Assembly: GCA_003344405.1 (NCBI GenBank)
Contig: NOWV01000189.1
Span: 1-64,000 of the forward strand
Reading direction: 5' to 3'
Source: Trichoplax sp. H2
Taxonomy: Eukaryota
DNA: 64,000 nucleotides
Positions within the stretch are counted from its first letter, which is position 1. Each line of letters starts with the position of its first letter. Below the pieces are notes generated by a model. That model was not told where the DNA came from. It ran no database searches and saw only the letters and a program-made list of their open reading frames with translations. Positions 29,801 through 44,400 of this stretch are shown here, in pieces. The position numbers and the translations under genes were made by a program.

Positions 29801-32349
29801 AATCATAAACGAATTCAAGTATAGCTAATATCTATAAAAGCAACAAATAAGCAGATACACGAACCATCAAAGGCTGATAAGATATTTTGGCATAAGTTGG
29901 AATATACAATAAGAGAGCAAAAGAAAGAAAAGGATGATGAGCATATCTTTAATATTAAGCATTGTTCGAAATCATTTGAAAGATTCCTTTACCTCCGATT
30001 CGACTTGAAATTGACCTGTTTTATCAAGTGCATTCGCAATTGCCATTGATTCCACAATAAATGTGGTAGTAATATAACTAAATCGAAATTGGAATGATTG
30101 AAATATATATTCAAATGTCTTCATGATTAACGCACACGGGAAATTAAGTGATAAATACGAAAACTACAGATAAACAGTAAGTAGTAGCACGGATGACTGG
30201 ATACTTTACCAGGTACAGTACAGTATCTAGTAGTCAATAAATTCAGTAACTTATTTCGTATAGATTGGAATAATAGAAGCCAATACTGTCAGTTTATACT
30301 AAACACTGAAGATTAATATTCAGAGACTCCTATAAAGATTCATAGCTACCTGATTATTGCTAATAAGACTAGCATAATAGTGGCCAACAACCAACCAGTA
30401 TGAGCAAAAGCTTTTGGCATGGTCAAAGCACCAACACCCACCACCAAATTAAAAACATAAATGAATCCAACCTAGTTCGAAAACAGAAACGGTGATCAAT
30501 TTCGATTTTTGACTTACGAATGTCTGAACTAGACTCTTGAGTTTTGGAATGGAAGACACCAGAAATAGTAATGATATAGTATAGATGTGAATCTCAACGG
30601 TAGATTATAGAACATTTAGTTATTATCGTAGCTTAGTTATTCATTTATGTCTGTTGTTTTAAATTGACTATGACTAAAAATGGGTCAGAAATGGATAGGT
30701 ACTGATTTATTGAGTCTACTAAATCCAAGTAGAAATTAAATCTAATTTTCCAAATAATTCAATATCCATCTTCGTATTATTCGTAGCGATAATCCAAATT
30801 GCGATTACAATTTGCTAATGAATAATTTCTTGAAATAAATGCTGGACTCTTTTTTATTCGCGGAGAAAAAAGGGTAAGTGCTTCATTTAAGTTCATATAA
30901 ATTATACATACGACTACCATCTATCGACCAAATTTTATAACTTAACTAATGTTTGTAGCGCATTGGATTACAGTATCGTTTCTACATAGAAATAGATATG
31001 TAGAACTGTTACAAATCTTCTTCTTTGTAACAAGAAACCGGGTCTTAAACATTATCTTCACTAGTACTTGTGTTCCCAACTAACTTAGGGACCTATCGTA
31101 GTTGAACTAACTCTCAGCTACACAAAAAACTACTATTAAGTAATAGGTATAAATACTTTACTTTATTTTCGTTAACCTTAGTCGTAAAATGTACTAAAGA
31201 AAAAACGTAAGAATATTCTTAGCAATAATAGTCAAAAGATCCTGCAAATGACTAACTGGAACTGAGAAGCTAAGCTAGTGCTCCGCTTTTTATAGTCTCG
31301 CCGATGGTACACTTGTGAATATTCTTGAAATAGCGGCTTACACTGTACAGTATACATATCCTAAAGGCTCTGCAAAGTAATTGATCTTACACTTAAAAAC
31401 ATCTATTAGGAAATTAAGAATTTTTTCTTCAAGGTGAAACAAATAAAAAGAAATTGAAACGTATTGAAACTATGTAGGCGTCGAAATGAATCAGATTATT
31501 TTAGGATTTCTAATTTAAACCTTTATTATTTATTATACTGTACACAAAGAGATCTTTACCTAATTTTTGCTATCGAATTCAATACTACTGTCAACTTGAT
31601 GTTAACTTTTATGCCTTTAACACTAAATTACATCGTATTGCTTTCGATATAAAGTTGTTCATTGATTTGATGATGTTAATATAATGTGGGTCTGGTAAGA
31701 AGTATTCACCATTTCAAAAATTTAGAAAATGGTCCCTTTCCTGATCGGCGTATTAATCAACGTCACCTGGATTGTGATAGGGATGCATTTGGATACTTGT
31801 ATGGAAAAGCAAATCAATAAATGCTAGCATAAAAGTACTTTATTCGAAGGCAAGTGACCTTTCTATAAGCAATCAGAAGATGAAGCTAAAATTTTTCGTT
31901 CATCAATCTTCCGATTAAAATTTTCCTATAGTTCGAGCTTCACCGAATTTTAATTAAAATTCTTTTTACATCTAATTCCTCATGTCTAAACTTAATCTAG
32001 ACTATACAGTTGTAGGCACTGTAATCTAAAAGAAATTGGCCAGCGTTATTCACTATTTAGCAAAGCAATGATTTCGACAAAGAAGAGAGAATTAATAAAG
32101 TGACTAAATAGTATCAGTAAAAATCTTTCAAGTCGTACTAATAGAAAATTGACTATTTTTATCATCGAAGGTTTATTTAAAGCATGGATTCAACTCTTTT
32201 ATATAAATTATTTGATATCATATTTATCGCAGCAGATAATTTTTGAATCCGTATTTCAAAAGAGAAAAAGTCAAGAAAACGGGTAGGGAAGAAAATTAAC
32301 TTACGTAGGCCGGATAGCTCGATCCTACTTCAGTCAGTGACGAAGGCAT
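26861..32349 (-). CDS. TMEM104: Transmembrane protein 104 (amino-acid transporter-like), 10 exons
   Basis: Exons 32349-32305 (MPSSLTEVGSSYPAY), 30471-30350 (VGFIYVFNLVVGVGALTMPKAF), 30077-29993, 29735-29639, 29478-29420, 28560-28530, 28367-28268 (YLYGDLAIYAV), 28170-28086, 27966-27873 (FNVQKTKYLQ), 27603-26861 (YSFMCQHSLPS, GITGSYAG). Phases are consistent and the motifs are characteristic of TMEM104. Confidence 0.93.
31007..31441 (-). mobile_element. Possible solo LTR in TMEM104 intron 1
   Basis: TGTT...AACA termini; terminal hairpin TGTTACAAA..TTTGTAACA resembling the elements at 3 and 9514; minus-strand TATAAAAA and AATAAA; no TSD seen. Confidence 0.35.
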
Positions 32350-32912
32350 AATTTAGATTGAATATACTGAATGATGATCGAAATGGCTAAAATTGCCTTC
32401 GTTGTTGGATTCAATGCCCGAAGAAATTAAAATAAAATAGACTAGTCTACTAGGGCTACTCAAAATTCGACTAGTCCACTCTTTTCCTTCCAATCTTTCA
32501 GGTACGGTAATTAGGCAGAAAATTGTCGATTTAGTCGATGACTTAATTAAGAAATTAATTCAGAACGCTAGAAGTAGCCAATGTCGGACGACTACGCCGA
32601 ATCAGGAGACTAGAAAAGACTCTTCATACTAATGCTTATATTTCATCGCTATCGTCATTAAGCTTGCTTATTATCCATTGAAATGGTAATCATGGCTTCT
32701 GTATATAGCCGTTTGATGGGACAGAGTTATGGATAAATATACATGTAAACAATAACCTGCATTAAAATTGGAAATCTTTTTAGCTATGTTATATCAACGT
32801 ATTACTGTATTGTCATCTACTGTACTTGTATACTGTTACTTCACAACAAGTTTATATAAAGGTATGAACTACCATATAGAAATTGACGGTAAAATTGCTT
32901 CTATCATATAAT

Positions 32913-33926
32913 ATTTGTGTATACGTATAAATTTATCGGCCAGTGGTTTAGATATCAGATAGTCCTTTTCATGTTATTAGCAAGTATTTTTACTCTTTTA
33001 CGGTTCACTTTCTTGAATTAAAAATGATGAATTGTAAATAGGTAGAAAATGAGATTGAAATAAAATATTTAAGCTATCTTTTTATTTCATCTCTGCCTTG
33101 ACAATTTATAAAATATATATTGACATGGCTAGGAGATTTGTTATTGCGTATACATATCGTCAGTAAATAAGGCTACAATGAAAATTCTTTCTCTATCTTT
33201 TATATTCTATTTCTGTCAATGTCACAGATCGGATTTTTTTTATTGATGCTGTTTGGAGATTTAATATCACAGCACTTTGAACTATTGCTATACATAGAAT
33301 ATCGGGACAAATGAAGCATTGTGCCCATTTTGAATCTCTCTCGCTCTCCTGGAATAGCTGGTAAAATTGATTTACTCGTCCGTTATTTTGAGATCCATTC
33401 TTACTATTGATAACTGTAAGATTTGCGTATACGTATAAATTTATCGGCCAGTGGTTTAGATATCAGATAGTCCTTTTCATGTTATTAGCAAGTATTTTTA
33501 CTCTTTTACGGTTCATTTTCTTGAATTAAAAATGATGAATTGTAAATTGGTAGAAAATGAGATTGAAATAAAATATTTAAGCTATCTTTTTATTTCATCT
33601 CTGCCTTGACAATTTATAAAACTTATATTGACATGGCTAGGAGATTTGTTATTGCGTATACATATCGTCAGTAAATAAGGCTACAATGAAAATTCTTTCT
33701 CTATCTTTTATATTCTATCTCTGTCAATGTCACAGATCGGATTTTTTTTATTGATGCGGTTTAAAGATGGTTTGGAGGCGGTTTAAACCATTGCTATACG
33801 TAGAATATCGGGATAAATGAAGCATTGTGCCCATTTTGAATCTCTCTCGCTCTCCTGGAATAGCTGGTAAAATTGATTTACTCGTCCGTTATTTTGAGAT
33901 CCATTCTTACTATTGACAACTGTAAG
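32913..33926. repeat. Tandem duplication, two ~507-bp near-identical copies
   Basis: 32913-33420 and 33421-33926 are nearly identical, with one divergent patch near 33250-33290 versus 33758-33800. Confidence 0.95.
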
Positions 33927-34679
33927 AACGTAAGACTAAAATGGAATGTTTATTCCATCTTTCATTTCCGTCTGTGTTGCTAAAATGAAGAGATTTCCAT
34001 TTATATGGCAAACCTGTGATTTCGACATGATGTCAAAGAGTTGCTCCATTGAATATACAGTACATACACAGTCTATCAGACCGAAATCGTTGCATTTCAA
34101 TATGCAAAGTAGACAGTACTGCACAGTCAGTGCTGACGCGTGGAATACTGTACTGTACACGTGTAATACTGTATAGTACTGTTCTGTTGCTCGCTTCTCT
34201 GTACTGTATGTGATTGTTGCATAGGGTTGAGAAAAAACACTATCTTAACTCTATGGATTCTTGTGAATAACCTGAATAAAAATCCGAATCCTTTTCAGAG
34301 TCTAAAGACGAGTCTGAATCACTGAGTTTCCTTTATACTGTACACTGTACAGTATGAAATACTGTATAACCAACAACAATCTCATAGAGATATCCAAAAA
34401 CCGCTATGGGATTTCCATTTAGGAAAAGCAGTCCGACGCGTACCGCCCATCATAATGCAGTACAAGCACAGTACAGTACAGTACAGTACTGCAAGTAGGC
34501 TTTGTACTGTAGAAATTTTTTCTGTACTGTACACTGTACACTGTATTTCAGACTACTGCGCACTGTCAATGCAATGATTATGCAGTTCAGTACAGTACAT
34601 GGAAATCAATTATTACTGTGCTCTGTCAATAAATACACTATATAAAACATATAGGATATATAGGAAGATATAAAACATA

Positions 34680-35070
34680 TACAACATATAGGATATAGGA
34701 GATGATTATGTGGTGCGTAGTACTGGTAGATGCTGACCAAGAAATATTGAAACGATGATGGCCTTCTACTATATTAGTTATTTGAGGTTGTGATGGTAAT
34801 CCACCTGGAGTAGTAGTTGATACTGTAGTATCTCCTCGAGTAGTCGGAGTAAATGTTATTGGGTTCTTAGATATTGAAATGAATTCTCGTGGAGTTATTG
34901 AAGTAGATGATGTTAGACTAAATACTATTGAGTTTTAGAGACTACAGAATCAACTACTGCTTGACTTGTTGAAATAAGTAACACTGGGCTTAGTGTAGTT
35001 GGAGTAGATATGCTTAAAGTAGATGATGTGGCAGTACTCAAACATGATTGAATTAAATGATGTTGAAGTA
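34680..35070 (-). pseudogene. Frameshifted fragment: Ser/Thr-rich mucin-like stalk followed by the start of an FN3-like domain
   Basis: Minus strand reads LSTATSSTLSISTPTTLSP..., then after a frameshift ...TPTTRGDTTVSTTTPGGLPSQPQITNIVEGHHRFNISWSASTSTTHHIIISYILY (P-x-x-P...W...Y pattern typical of FN3). Confidence 0.5.
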
Positions 35071-38000
35071 AAAATGGAACGGCGTACCAATACTTTGCAC
35101 TGTATAGGCATATGATAATGAATCAGGTAATTTGAACTTTCATTACAATCATATTTACTAAATTTTCTTACTTCGCTACAGTTACAATAAAGAGCAGATA
35201 ATCAATAGTTTTTGTGTCTTAATTCAAATAGTATAACCATCAATTATAATATGAGAACTATTAACAGTCTCTTGAGAGTTAAGAGGCACTATGCCGTGCT
35301 AATTTTCGTGTAAATAACTTATTGGTTAAACCAACAGCATCATAACAAAGCTACGTTCCATTGCCTATAGTCTTATTTCAAGTCATTCAATAAAATTGAC
35401 ATTGAATATGGCAGAGCATGCACCTGCTTACTGATAATGAGCTGATATAAGGTCTGTAGTGAAAATTGATCGATAAACTTGGAAACAATTCTGGAAAAAA
35501 ATTCTGTTTTATCACTAAGCTGTAACAGCGCTCCATCGTCATTAAAAAATTTTACGAATCAGTTTTGTACCGGAAACTAAACTTTCGGGAATCGTTCGTA
35601 GATAACGACGTAGATCTCCAACTGACTTTTAGAGACCTATATGGGTGAAAACGAACTCTTTTCTTCGCACAAAGATGACTCTTTCAAATATTTAATAGAG
35701 AATTCCTTTACTGTTCTAAGCTACAATATGTGTAAAGCCGTCACTCACTAACATCAGCCGGAATTGATCAATTCATTACCATGATCGTTGTTATATATCC
35801 TAGTCACCTCAGCACAATGCGACTATTAATATTTTAGTTGTGGCCGTTTGTAGGCCTCGGCATAGCGACGAGCTACTAAAGCTATAATAACTTATAGCGG
35901 CAGCTCGTAGACAAAGTTGATTCAAAATCGATTACGTTAGAGCCAAATTGGACATTATCCGGTGTTAATGAACAGACATAAATGATTACGCGTTCCAATT
36001 AGCAATTATGTTTTATTGCCAGCTCAGAAAAACAAACAAATAACAAGCTACATGAGGTAATCGAGTCACCAAATTATTACAAAGCTTAGCACTGTAACAG
36101 GGTATAAGGTTGTCAGAATTATGTTGAATGGATAAATTTATGTAAACGGCTGAAAAATTCTTATAAAACGATATATTGAGAATTTATGTGGTATGTAATT
36201 GCAACAATGTTTGTACATATTGTTGTGTGAAATCATCGAAAAATAAAAAATTACAGGGTAGCTTCAGGTAGAAAGTATTGATAGATTTTATGAGATGTAC
36301 GTTTACTTTCCTTCCCTCTTTATCTATTCAATAGACTTAGGTAAACGTCCAAAGGTTTTAGTCTTGTAATACTACTTGTAAGTCGGAAAAATAATAAAAA
36401 ATGCTCAGCCGGTTGTTCCTTGACCTTTTTGAGCATTTTAAAATAAGGGAAGACACGGTAGTATTCTTCTATTGTAAAAATTTTTTTGTAAAGATCAATT
36501 TCAGATTTACCGTAAAATTTTCTATTGCATCTGTTACGAGTTAGGAATAATCCTGACTTGTAACAAAGGTTGATTATGTATTTCGAATATACACGACTGA
36601 AAATTGAAATATCGGTTAAGGTTTCTTAAACCAGTTTAATCGTACAAGTCACCTCGTCTTTTAGAAATTATCCAAACTAATGCTCTAAAAGGTTTTCATG
36701 TATGTGTAGAATTAAATACAGTTTAGCACAACTAAATTCAAAGTGTCAGCATTACATTGATCACTTGCTAATAGTACGCTAGATTAATATACACGTACAT
36801 AAGTGTATATTTTGCTATCCCATGAAGATGTTTCATTTAAACTTACAAACTGTGCTTGCAGTCATAAAATCATTCAAGGTGATAGTTATAATCTAGTTAA
36901 AGTAGTTGAGAAATGCAATTACTATTTTAGTTTATCTAATTACAGGTTGCTAAAGTATCATTTGTTTAAGGCCAAAGTTACAGTTAAAGAAAGCGTGAAC
37001 ATTACTGACATAGAAGCGTATGCCCATATATCAAACGTAATATGAAAATAATATACATGTCACGAACATCATATAACAGATCTTTCCTCTACTTGTGCAA
37101 ACTTATATTTTATGCTAACTAGTCACGATACTGCTGTTATAGCAGGAACTATTTCTCATAAATGGTGATGTTGATAAACTAATTGTATTTCTCTTATATG
37201 TAGGATTGTGTTAATAATAACATCTTATTAGCCGGATACAGAACAATTACTACTTAGTAACAATACATTGCACATCTTCAGCAGTCAATGTCGCACTTTA
37301 TAATGCTTTACTTCAGCCTGGTCAATCACCTAGTAAATAAATTCTTAATTAATTACTACTAAAAGCCTTTTAAAAATGAAATATTGAATTAAAGATTTCT
37401 ATTATGAGAATTCTATACTTCAGCGTAACAGTTAATTATCTAGGGAATAAATTTATGAAGCAATAAACACTGCAGGTCTTCAAAAAGTGAAATAATGAAT
37501 TAGCATTTTCCCCATTCCATAAGATAATATGCTACACATAAAACTGTACTATACAATAATGTTAGTATAGATAGTGTTGCGTTACATCAGGTAACTGTCA
37601 GAACATAGCAGTAAGATTATTCGTATACCGAAGTAAAGTCTACAAAAACACTTGATAAATGATCTTACACACTCATCACCTAGATCAATTTTTAAATTAA
37701 TTTACAGAAATTACCGTATCGTAACATCCTTATTTAAGATATTTCGTTAATTATTCTTTCTATATAATTTCTTTGAACTAGCCTTCAAGATTACTAATAT
37801 ATGTTTACTACATTGTTATTTTTTGAATACGATTCAAATTCGTCTGAATCTATCATCAATTTACAAAGAGTAGGATAACGAAAGAAATAACAGGGAATCT
37901 GCTATTTAAAAATAAATATATACATAAGAACTTAATACAATGGTTTGACAGATTTATGGACGTCCTCGTTCCGCAGCTTTGAATAGTATCAGCTAAAATT

Positions 38001-38315
38001 AAACAAAAACATACAAATGCAAATATTTTAAATCTTCAGAGAGTTGAACTTTAATTAAGTTAATGATTTGAGTAATCCATTTATTCATACATTGATTTTG
38101 AAATATCTAATTATATACTATCTTGAATAGCTTCAGGCATGGCGAATTTTTGATGCGTTGCAATCTAATTCCATTGCAAACTGCATGATTACGAATCTTT
38201 AATACGGTTTACTAAGAGAAAGTTTACAAAGTAAAAGAAAATTTCTTGCGTTGCAATTGTGATTGTGACGTGGTCAAATCCCTTTGAGAATAACATAACC
38301 ATGAAAACTAAAACG

Positions 38316-38323
38316 TATAAATA
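38316..38323 (+). promoter_or_regulatory. TATA box of the microexon peptide gene
   Basis: TATAAATA about 120 nt upstream of ATG 38437, with no intervening ATG. Confidence 0.55.
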
Positions 38324-38436
38324 GGCTTTTACAAGTTAATTCTTGCCATTACTAACTCACCGCGATTGAATAATTTCTTGTTAGGAGTATATCAATTTTG
38401 ATTTAGATTCATTTAGAAAGCAACATATCTTGGAAA

Positions 38437-41400
38437 ATGTCGAAAGTTATTCCTTCCGTTTTGCTCATCGCCTGCGTCCTACTGGCTTTCTTTCATTCTA
38501 TTGAAATGTAATTAAGGCTAAGGCTAGAATTATCAAGTTAAATTTTGTTTTGCAAGTGGATTAACATAGTCGACAAATTTCAACTGCTTCTCCGATTTTT
38601 TAATTTCATCTCACGTTTATATTTTCTGTTCTACACTAGGAATCCTCGCAGGTAAAATATGAAATATCATGTAATAAAAGAACTTAACAGAAAATTCTAA
38701 GTCATAAACATCTTTCTTCTTTGCTTCAATTCATTTGATTTTTGCTGTCATCTAACTGTCGGAACATGTATCTGTAGCCTTAATGAAAACGAGATGTGAG
38801 TTGTAGTTGTAAGGGTACTATAACTATCTTTTTCAGTGCAGTAACAAATAAACATTTACATTTGTACAGCGTTATTAATGTCCTTTTCCTCTTTTCTGTA
38901 ATATCTTTCATGACACTCTTACTACTGTCACTACTTGGCTTTTCACTGCAGAAGGGAACTATAGTAAGTTAAGCCAGTTTGATCAACTATAGATAGTGTG
39001 GTGCCTACATCGACTATAATGCACGTAGCTATGTAATCCAAATTGATATAAATGTTGAAAAATGACCACTCCCTCTGTTTCTGTCTGTATATTCCATTTA
39101 TTCTCTTGGGACTCTACACGAAATAACACAATTATTATAGCGAAGAGTAAGATTAAAATTATGTTTACTAGTATTAATCTCATATTCCGGCTAAATTTCA
39201 ACTAATAATACAAATAATTTCTAATATTCTATGCATGGACCTGTTCGTGAAATTTAGATTTTCGGACAAAAGAAGAAGACCCACCAAGTACGATTTGAAT
39301 AAATTCTGAGATATAAAACTTAATGTATAAATAATTATAGTAAATGATTATCTAATATTTTTACAGGACATGGTAAGTAGCTCTTCAGGATTCCTTTGAT
39401 TAATACATTGGTGAAAAAGGTCTTAACTCATTCTACTTGTCTTTACCAGTTACGATGGCCCATATTGCCTCGTGAAGTACGGAAAATCAGAGTTCTGCTT
39501 ATAATACTTTGCTATATCGATATCAAATTTTTCTTACTATAAAAATAAGTAGCAAGAGTATATTGCAAGAAAATTGCGTACGAGACAATATTTGAAGATG
39601 TTTAACGATTGAAATTTTCATGAAAGCATCATAGCTTGATAATAAAATTAATTCATGCCTGAATACAGTGTTTTGTCATTACAGTACAAAACTATTATCA
39701 ATTCAATTTGTTTTAGCATATATAGCATATGAAGATAACAACGTGTATGTTCATTTTTTTTTTATTTCTACTATAATTATCTACTGACTTATTACTGCAA
39801 TGATCTTGATAAATCCTTATTAAGTTGAAATTTATTTTTAGTAGTACCTGTAACGTAGAGCAAAAATAACCTCTAATTTTAGCAATGTGTACATAAATTT
39901 AAGTTTCCGATAGAGTAATAATTATATATTTTCTTTTCTTTTATATGCTATTGCTACAATTGGGTATTAAATATAATCCGAAAACAAATACATTCTCAAA
40001 TTGACAAACAGATCCAGTAGAAATTGGTAAGTATGATTGCTGTGTCTCATACAGTATACCTTGCTTCTAGTTACAATAATCTAATGAATTATCACTAAAG
40101 TAATCACATTTTAAATTATCTATCTACCGAGAGAAATTAATCGATAAATTTCATTACATATGTAGTATTATCTTTGCAAGATATCTGACTAAAAATGATT
40201 GAATTTAATGTCTGATTGAAAGTTTAATTTTAATTGCCCTTAAATATATCTTATGTTAAATGGTAAACATGATTCTAATTAAATGTTTATAAATTGAAAC
40301 CAAAATTATAAGCTACTGTTAACACTAATAATGAAACTTATATTTTACTCCTATTCCATATCTTAATAAAAACGAATAATACCAAAGCTGGTAAGATAAA
40401 TTTTACATACTTACATCCTGCTATTATTCAAAATATTTGATTCAATTTATTATAGTCATTTATGGTAAAATTTTAAGACTCGCCATATTATACTATAAAT
40501 ATTTAATGCTTTACAATTGTCTTATATGAAATTATGGAATGTTATCCTGTCGATACCAATTATATTTTATTTATTCCACCGTAGCTTCGGGTAAGTATAT
40601 TAATGATTATGTTTCACGTGTAATTTCATTCTTTAAGCTATAAAAACAACATTATTTATTAAGAATTAAACTGCAGTCGAAGAGTTTGAAATATGCAAGT
40701 ATGCATATAATGCTTTGGGTTAGCGCACCTAAACTGAGTAGTAGCTACCATAGATAGTATCAAATGCAGTGCGATAACAATATTTATTGGAGTTGTTATG
40801 TATCTATGGTCGGCCACACAAAATGACGCAAACAGTAGAATGGTTTCAATGCAGTTTATTGAAAAGTATAACCTACTCAAGAACGGATGAATAGTAGAAC
40901 TCACTTAATAAAGAATAAATCAGTTTTACAGAATCAGTAGCTCATGAATGACTACAGGATAATAAAAATATGTTATGTAGAATATTGCTATGAATTACAG
41001 TTAGAAAATCAATATGTTCATCACGTACAATAACAACATGACTTAGCAATATTGCTAGTATGGAAAGTATATGAACTCAGAATTGTAATGTACTTTAATC
41101 CAAATATGAGTTATACGCTATAGAGTATAACTATTTTTATGATTACATACAGGCATAACAGTTAGAATAATGTCGTTGTCATTTTAAAGAGAAACCAAAT
41201 AGTTAATTATTAAACCGAACAAAAGTTGAAATGTTACTATAATACTAATCAATATTTGCTTTTAATCATTTATATTATTTTATACTTGATTGATGAACAA
41301 ACGGTGGTAATTCCCATAGAACTTGGTAAGTGCTATACTGCTGATAAAAATAAATTAATGATGCATAGTTTAGATAAAAATACTATTTTAGTTTTGTACA

Positions 41401-44400
41401 GTAATATCTTTTTAAAACTAAATACAGTTGCTTCAGCAACTTTGCTGAAGTGCCTTTTTTAAGAATTCAGTTATTACTTATTTTTACATAGAATGGCTGG
41501 CGATAACAGTTACAGTAAATTTGAGAATAATTGCAATTCGATAGCAAGATGCTCTATTGTTTCTGAAATATACTCTAGTATAGCTCTTTCATTATATCTT
41601 ATTTGAGAATAGATTAATTTAGTCAATCTTATTTGGGGATTATTAAGAAAAAGTGGATAGTGTTTAGAATCATATTTGTTATTAACACAGCGTATTGCAT
41701 AAATTATTAGATATTTCAATTAATTACTTACAAAATATACTTGTATAGCCACTAGAAGACTATTATATTACTCATTCTGAAATCATTAAGATATATAAAT
41801 GAATATTAATGCGATATGATTACCTCTAACTATTAAAAATTTAAAAACAGTCAAAACTATTTTACTACCTTATAGCTCTGTAACAGTTGCAATATCATTT
41901 TTTCTATTTCTTTTCTGCTATGAATGCGAACTACTATTCTCAACTACAAACACAAAATTTGCATTTAACAGCTAGTAAGTTATTATCTTCTTATATAATT
42001 GATTTCATTTATAATTTTTAACTCGTATATTACAATGTTATGATAATAATCTTTCTGAAAGCTAGTATATGAGTATTGGAACGTATGACTACGATACTGT
42101 CGTTTGTGTTCTTAAAACAAGAGATTCACAGTAATTGTTATCAGACACTGTATCTCTAACATCAATTGAGGTTTTTCAATTACAAATTATATAGCAGTCC
42201 ATGAATTTTAAAATAAAAATTAAATATCTATTGATACCTAATCGGGTAATAATTTCGTTTTTTTTATGATCACATTGTTCTTACGATTCGCCATGATATC
42301 TTGGTACGAAATATTTATCTATAGTTCGTAAGTATGATGCTAATAAGTAAAATAAATTGATAAGAATTGTACGCAAATATCAGAAAACCCTTTCAGAATT
42401 TAATATTAATCCATTTTATCAAATATACAATATCACAGTAGTTAAATAACTAATGCATAATATATAGGAATAATAATTATAGTACGGTCAATCTTTGACC
42501 ATAATAAAATTCTTTTAGAACGAGTTACCGCGACAATTTCATGTGTTTATACACGTATTATTTTAAACTAACATGCGTTAAATGTCACAATTATAATTAG
42601 TACTTTCAGTTTGCCTACAGTATCATCAAAATATTAGACGAAAATCATTATTTAGCTTTGAATTTTTATTGCATTTATAAACGGTAATGTGCAAAATTAA
42701 AACTTATCCATGGCATTATTTTAAAAGTGCTATGTATAATTTATTTTGTTCCGTTTCATATGTTAACTGAAGTTATTATTTTAGATGCTCTTCCGCTATT
42801 AGTAAAATTCATGACTCGTCTAACACATTCTCTTTAATTTATTTGTGTTATAAATATCATACCTATCTATTCCCTGGCAATGGTCGCATTAGGATGTAAG
42901 TAAAGCAATTAGATATAACTGTAAATGAGAAAATTTATTGTAACATGGGTCATTACAGCTTCTAGTAAAAATTATAGTAATATCAATGCAGGATAAACTA
43001 ATAACACTAATTGTCACTTGCAAAACATCGCAAAACATCGCAAAACGGAAATTGCAACTGTTGAGTTCGTCGTAACCAACATGCAAAATGCGAAGCTCTT
43101 AACTTATTCCTAGTGTTTGGAGCTAACAAAGTCTCTTTTAATTGACGTAGTCGTACGATTTATAGTAACGCTAATGCAGTTAATTGAAATTCGGTGCAAC
43201 ATACTATATCATGATCCTTCTAGTTCAAGATCATAAGGAGTAGCTTACTCTTTCATCTTTAAAAATTTTGTCTGTGATATGTCTGGTATTGTACACGGTA
43301 CTATAACAGAGTATATATGTCTATTCGCGGAGAGTGATAATGTCTAATATTGCATCCATGCCCTATTTGCAAAGTACATTATTATTTGCAAAACTAAGAA
43401 AGCGATACGATTTCAATGAGATACATTCCTTGTTTCATACATATTTTATCATTCAAGTAGTTACAGATATTACCGTTCGGTATCCTGTAGAAATTCAATC
43501 AAACCATATCGCATAAATTTTCGGTCATACTACGAACAACAACACTACTTTCTCTTACTATCTATGTCAAAACACTAAAGTTGTAATATGTTTAATTTTA
43601 ACAGTACGGCACAGCTTAAGAAATTTATGATTATAGTGCACTTATTAATACAGCATTTGAGTTTCAGCAGAACCAAGTAGTAACATCAGCAGAACCAAGT
43701 AGTAATTTAAATGACTTCAATTAACTAAGAATTTCTGTTAAAATCTTGCACATTATTGGTATGTTTATTGATTTGAATTAGAAGATTTTAATTGGATACG
43801 TTAAAATTAATTGTGTAAATAAGGTTGATCTATACTAGTTAATTCAGCAAGAAGAGCAAATACAATGCAGTTATTGATTGTGAGTTCTTTAGAAGGATTC
43901 TTCTTGAGTATTTTAGTAATAGCTATCTAATCCAGTAGTTTCAGTTTAGGTTAGTAATTTAAGTAAAGTGACAAGATAGCGGCTCTATATTATTTAGTAA
44001 TATATTGTCAGGTATTCCCATACAAATCGATTATGTATGTATTACTATAAGATGTTCCATAATTTATGAATCAAAAGGAATGTAAAGTCTACAAGTAAAT
44101 TAAGAATGTATATTTGCTTGCTGTTGTAACGAAAATATGCATATCATTTAATATTTTTTCAATTTAACTAACTTAACGTTGTTGGTATTCAAATTTTATC
44201 TTAAACTTGAGGGTTTAACACCAATTCTATCATTAAAAGTTGAATGTATGTAATTTCAAACTAAATATTTAATAGATGATGTCTAATAGGTAACTATTTT
44301 TAATTCCTTTTACTATTGCTCCGCTACCAACGCTGACACCATCTAATAATGCAGTACATCAGCGTAAGATATAATTATAATCAATTTACTTAATGCTATT

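Noticed and set aside
38640-39287. Alternative phase-1 reading of the first microexons (ILAEGNYNFRTKEEDPP)
   Set aside because: Exon 1 has a phase-2 donor. Phase 1 gives a TAA at the 38795/38952 junction and does not produce the cysteine framework.
39717-39744. Candidate extra microexon ending at GTATGT
   Set aside because: All three possible acceptors introduce an immediate stop in the peptide frame.
43665-43705. Short direct repeat CAGCAGAACCAAGTAGTAA x2
   Set aside because: Ordinary small slippage duplication in an intron.
43871-43879. 9-nt CAG|TTATTGATT|GTGAGT candidate microexon
   Set aside because: It contains an in-frame TGA, so it was excluded from the model; a poison exon cannot be ruled out.
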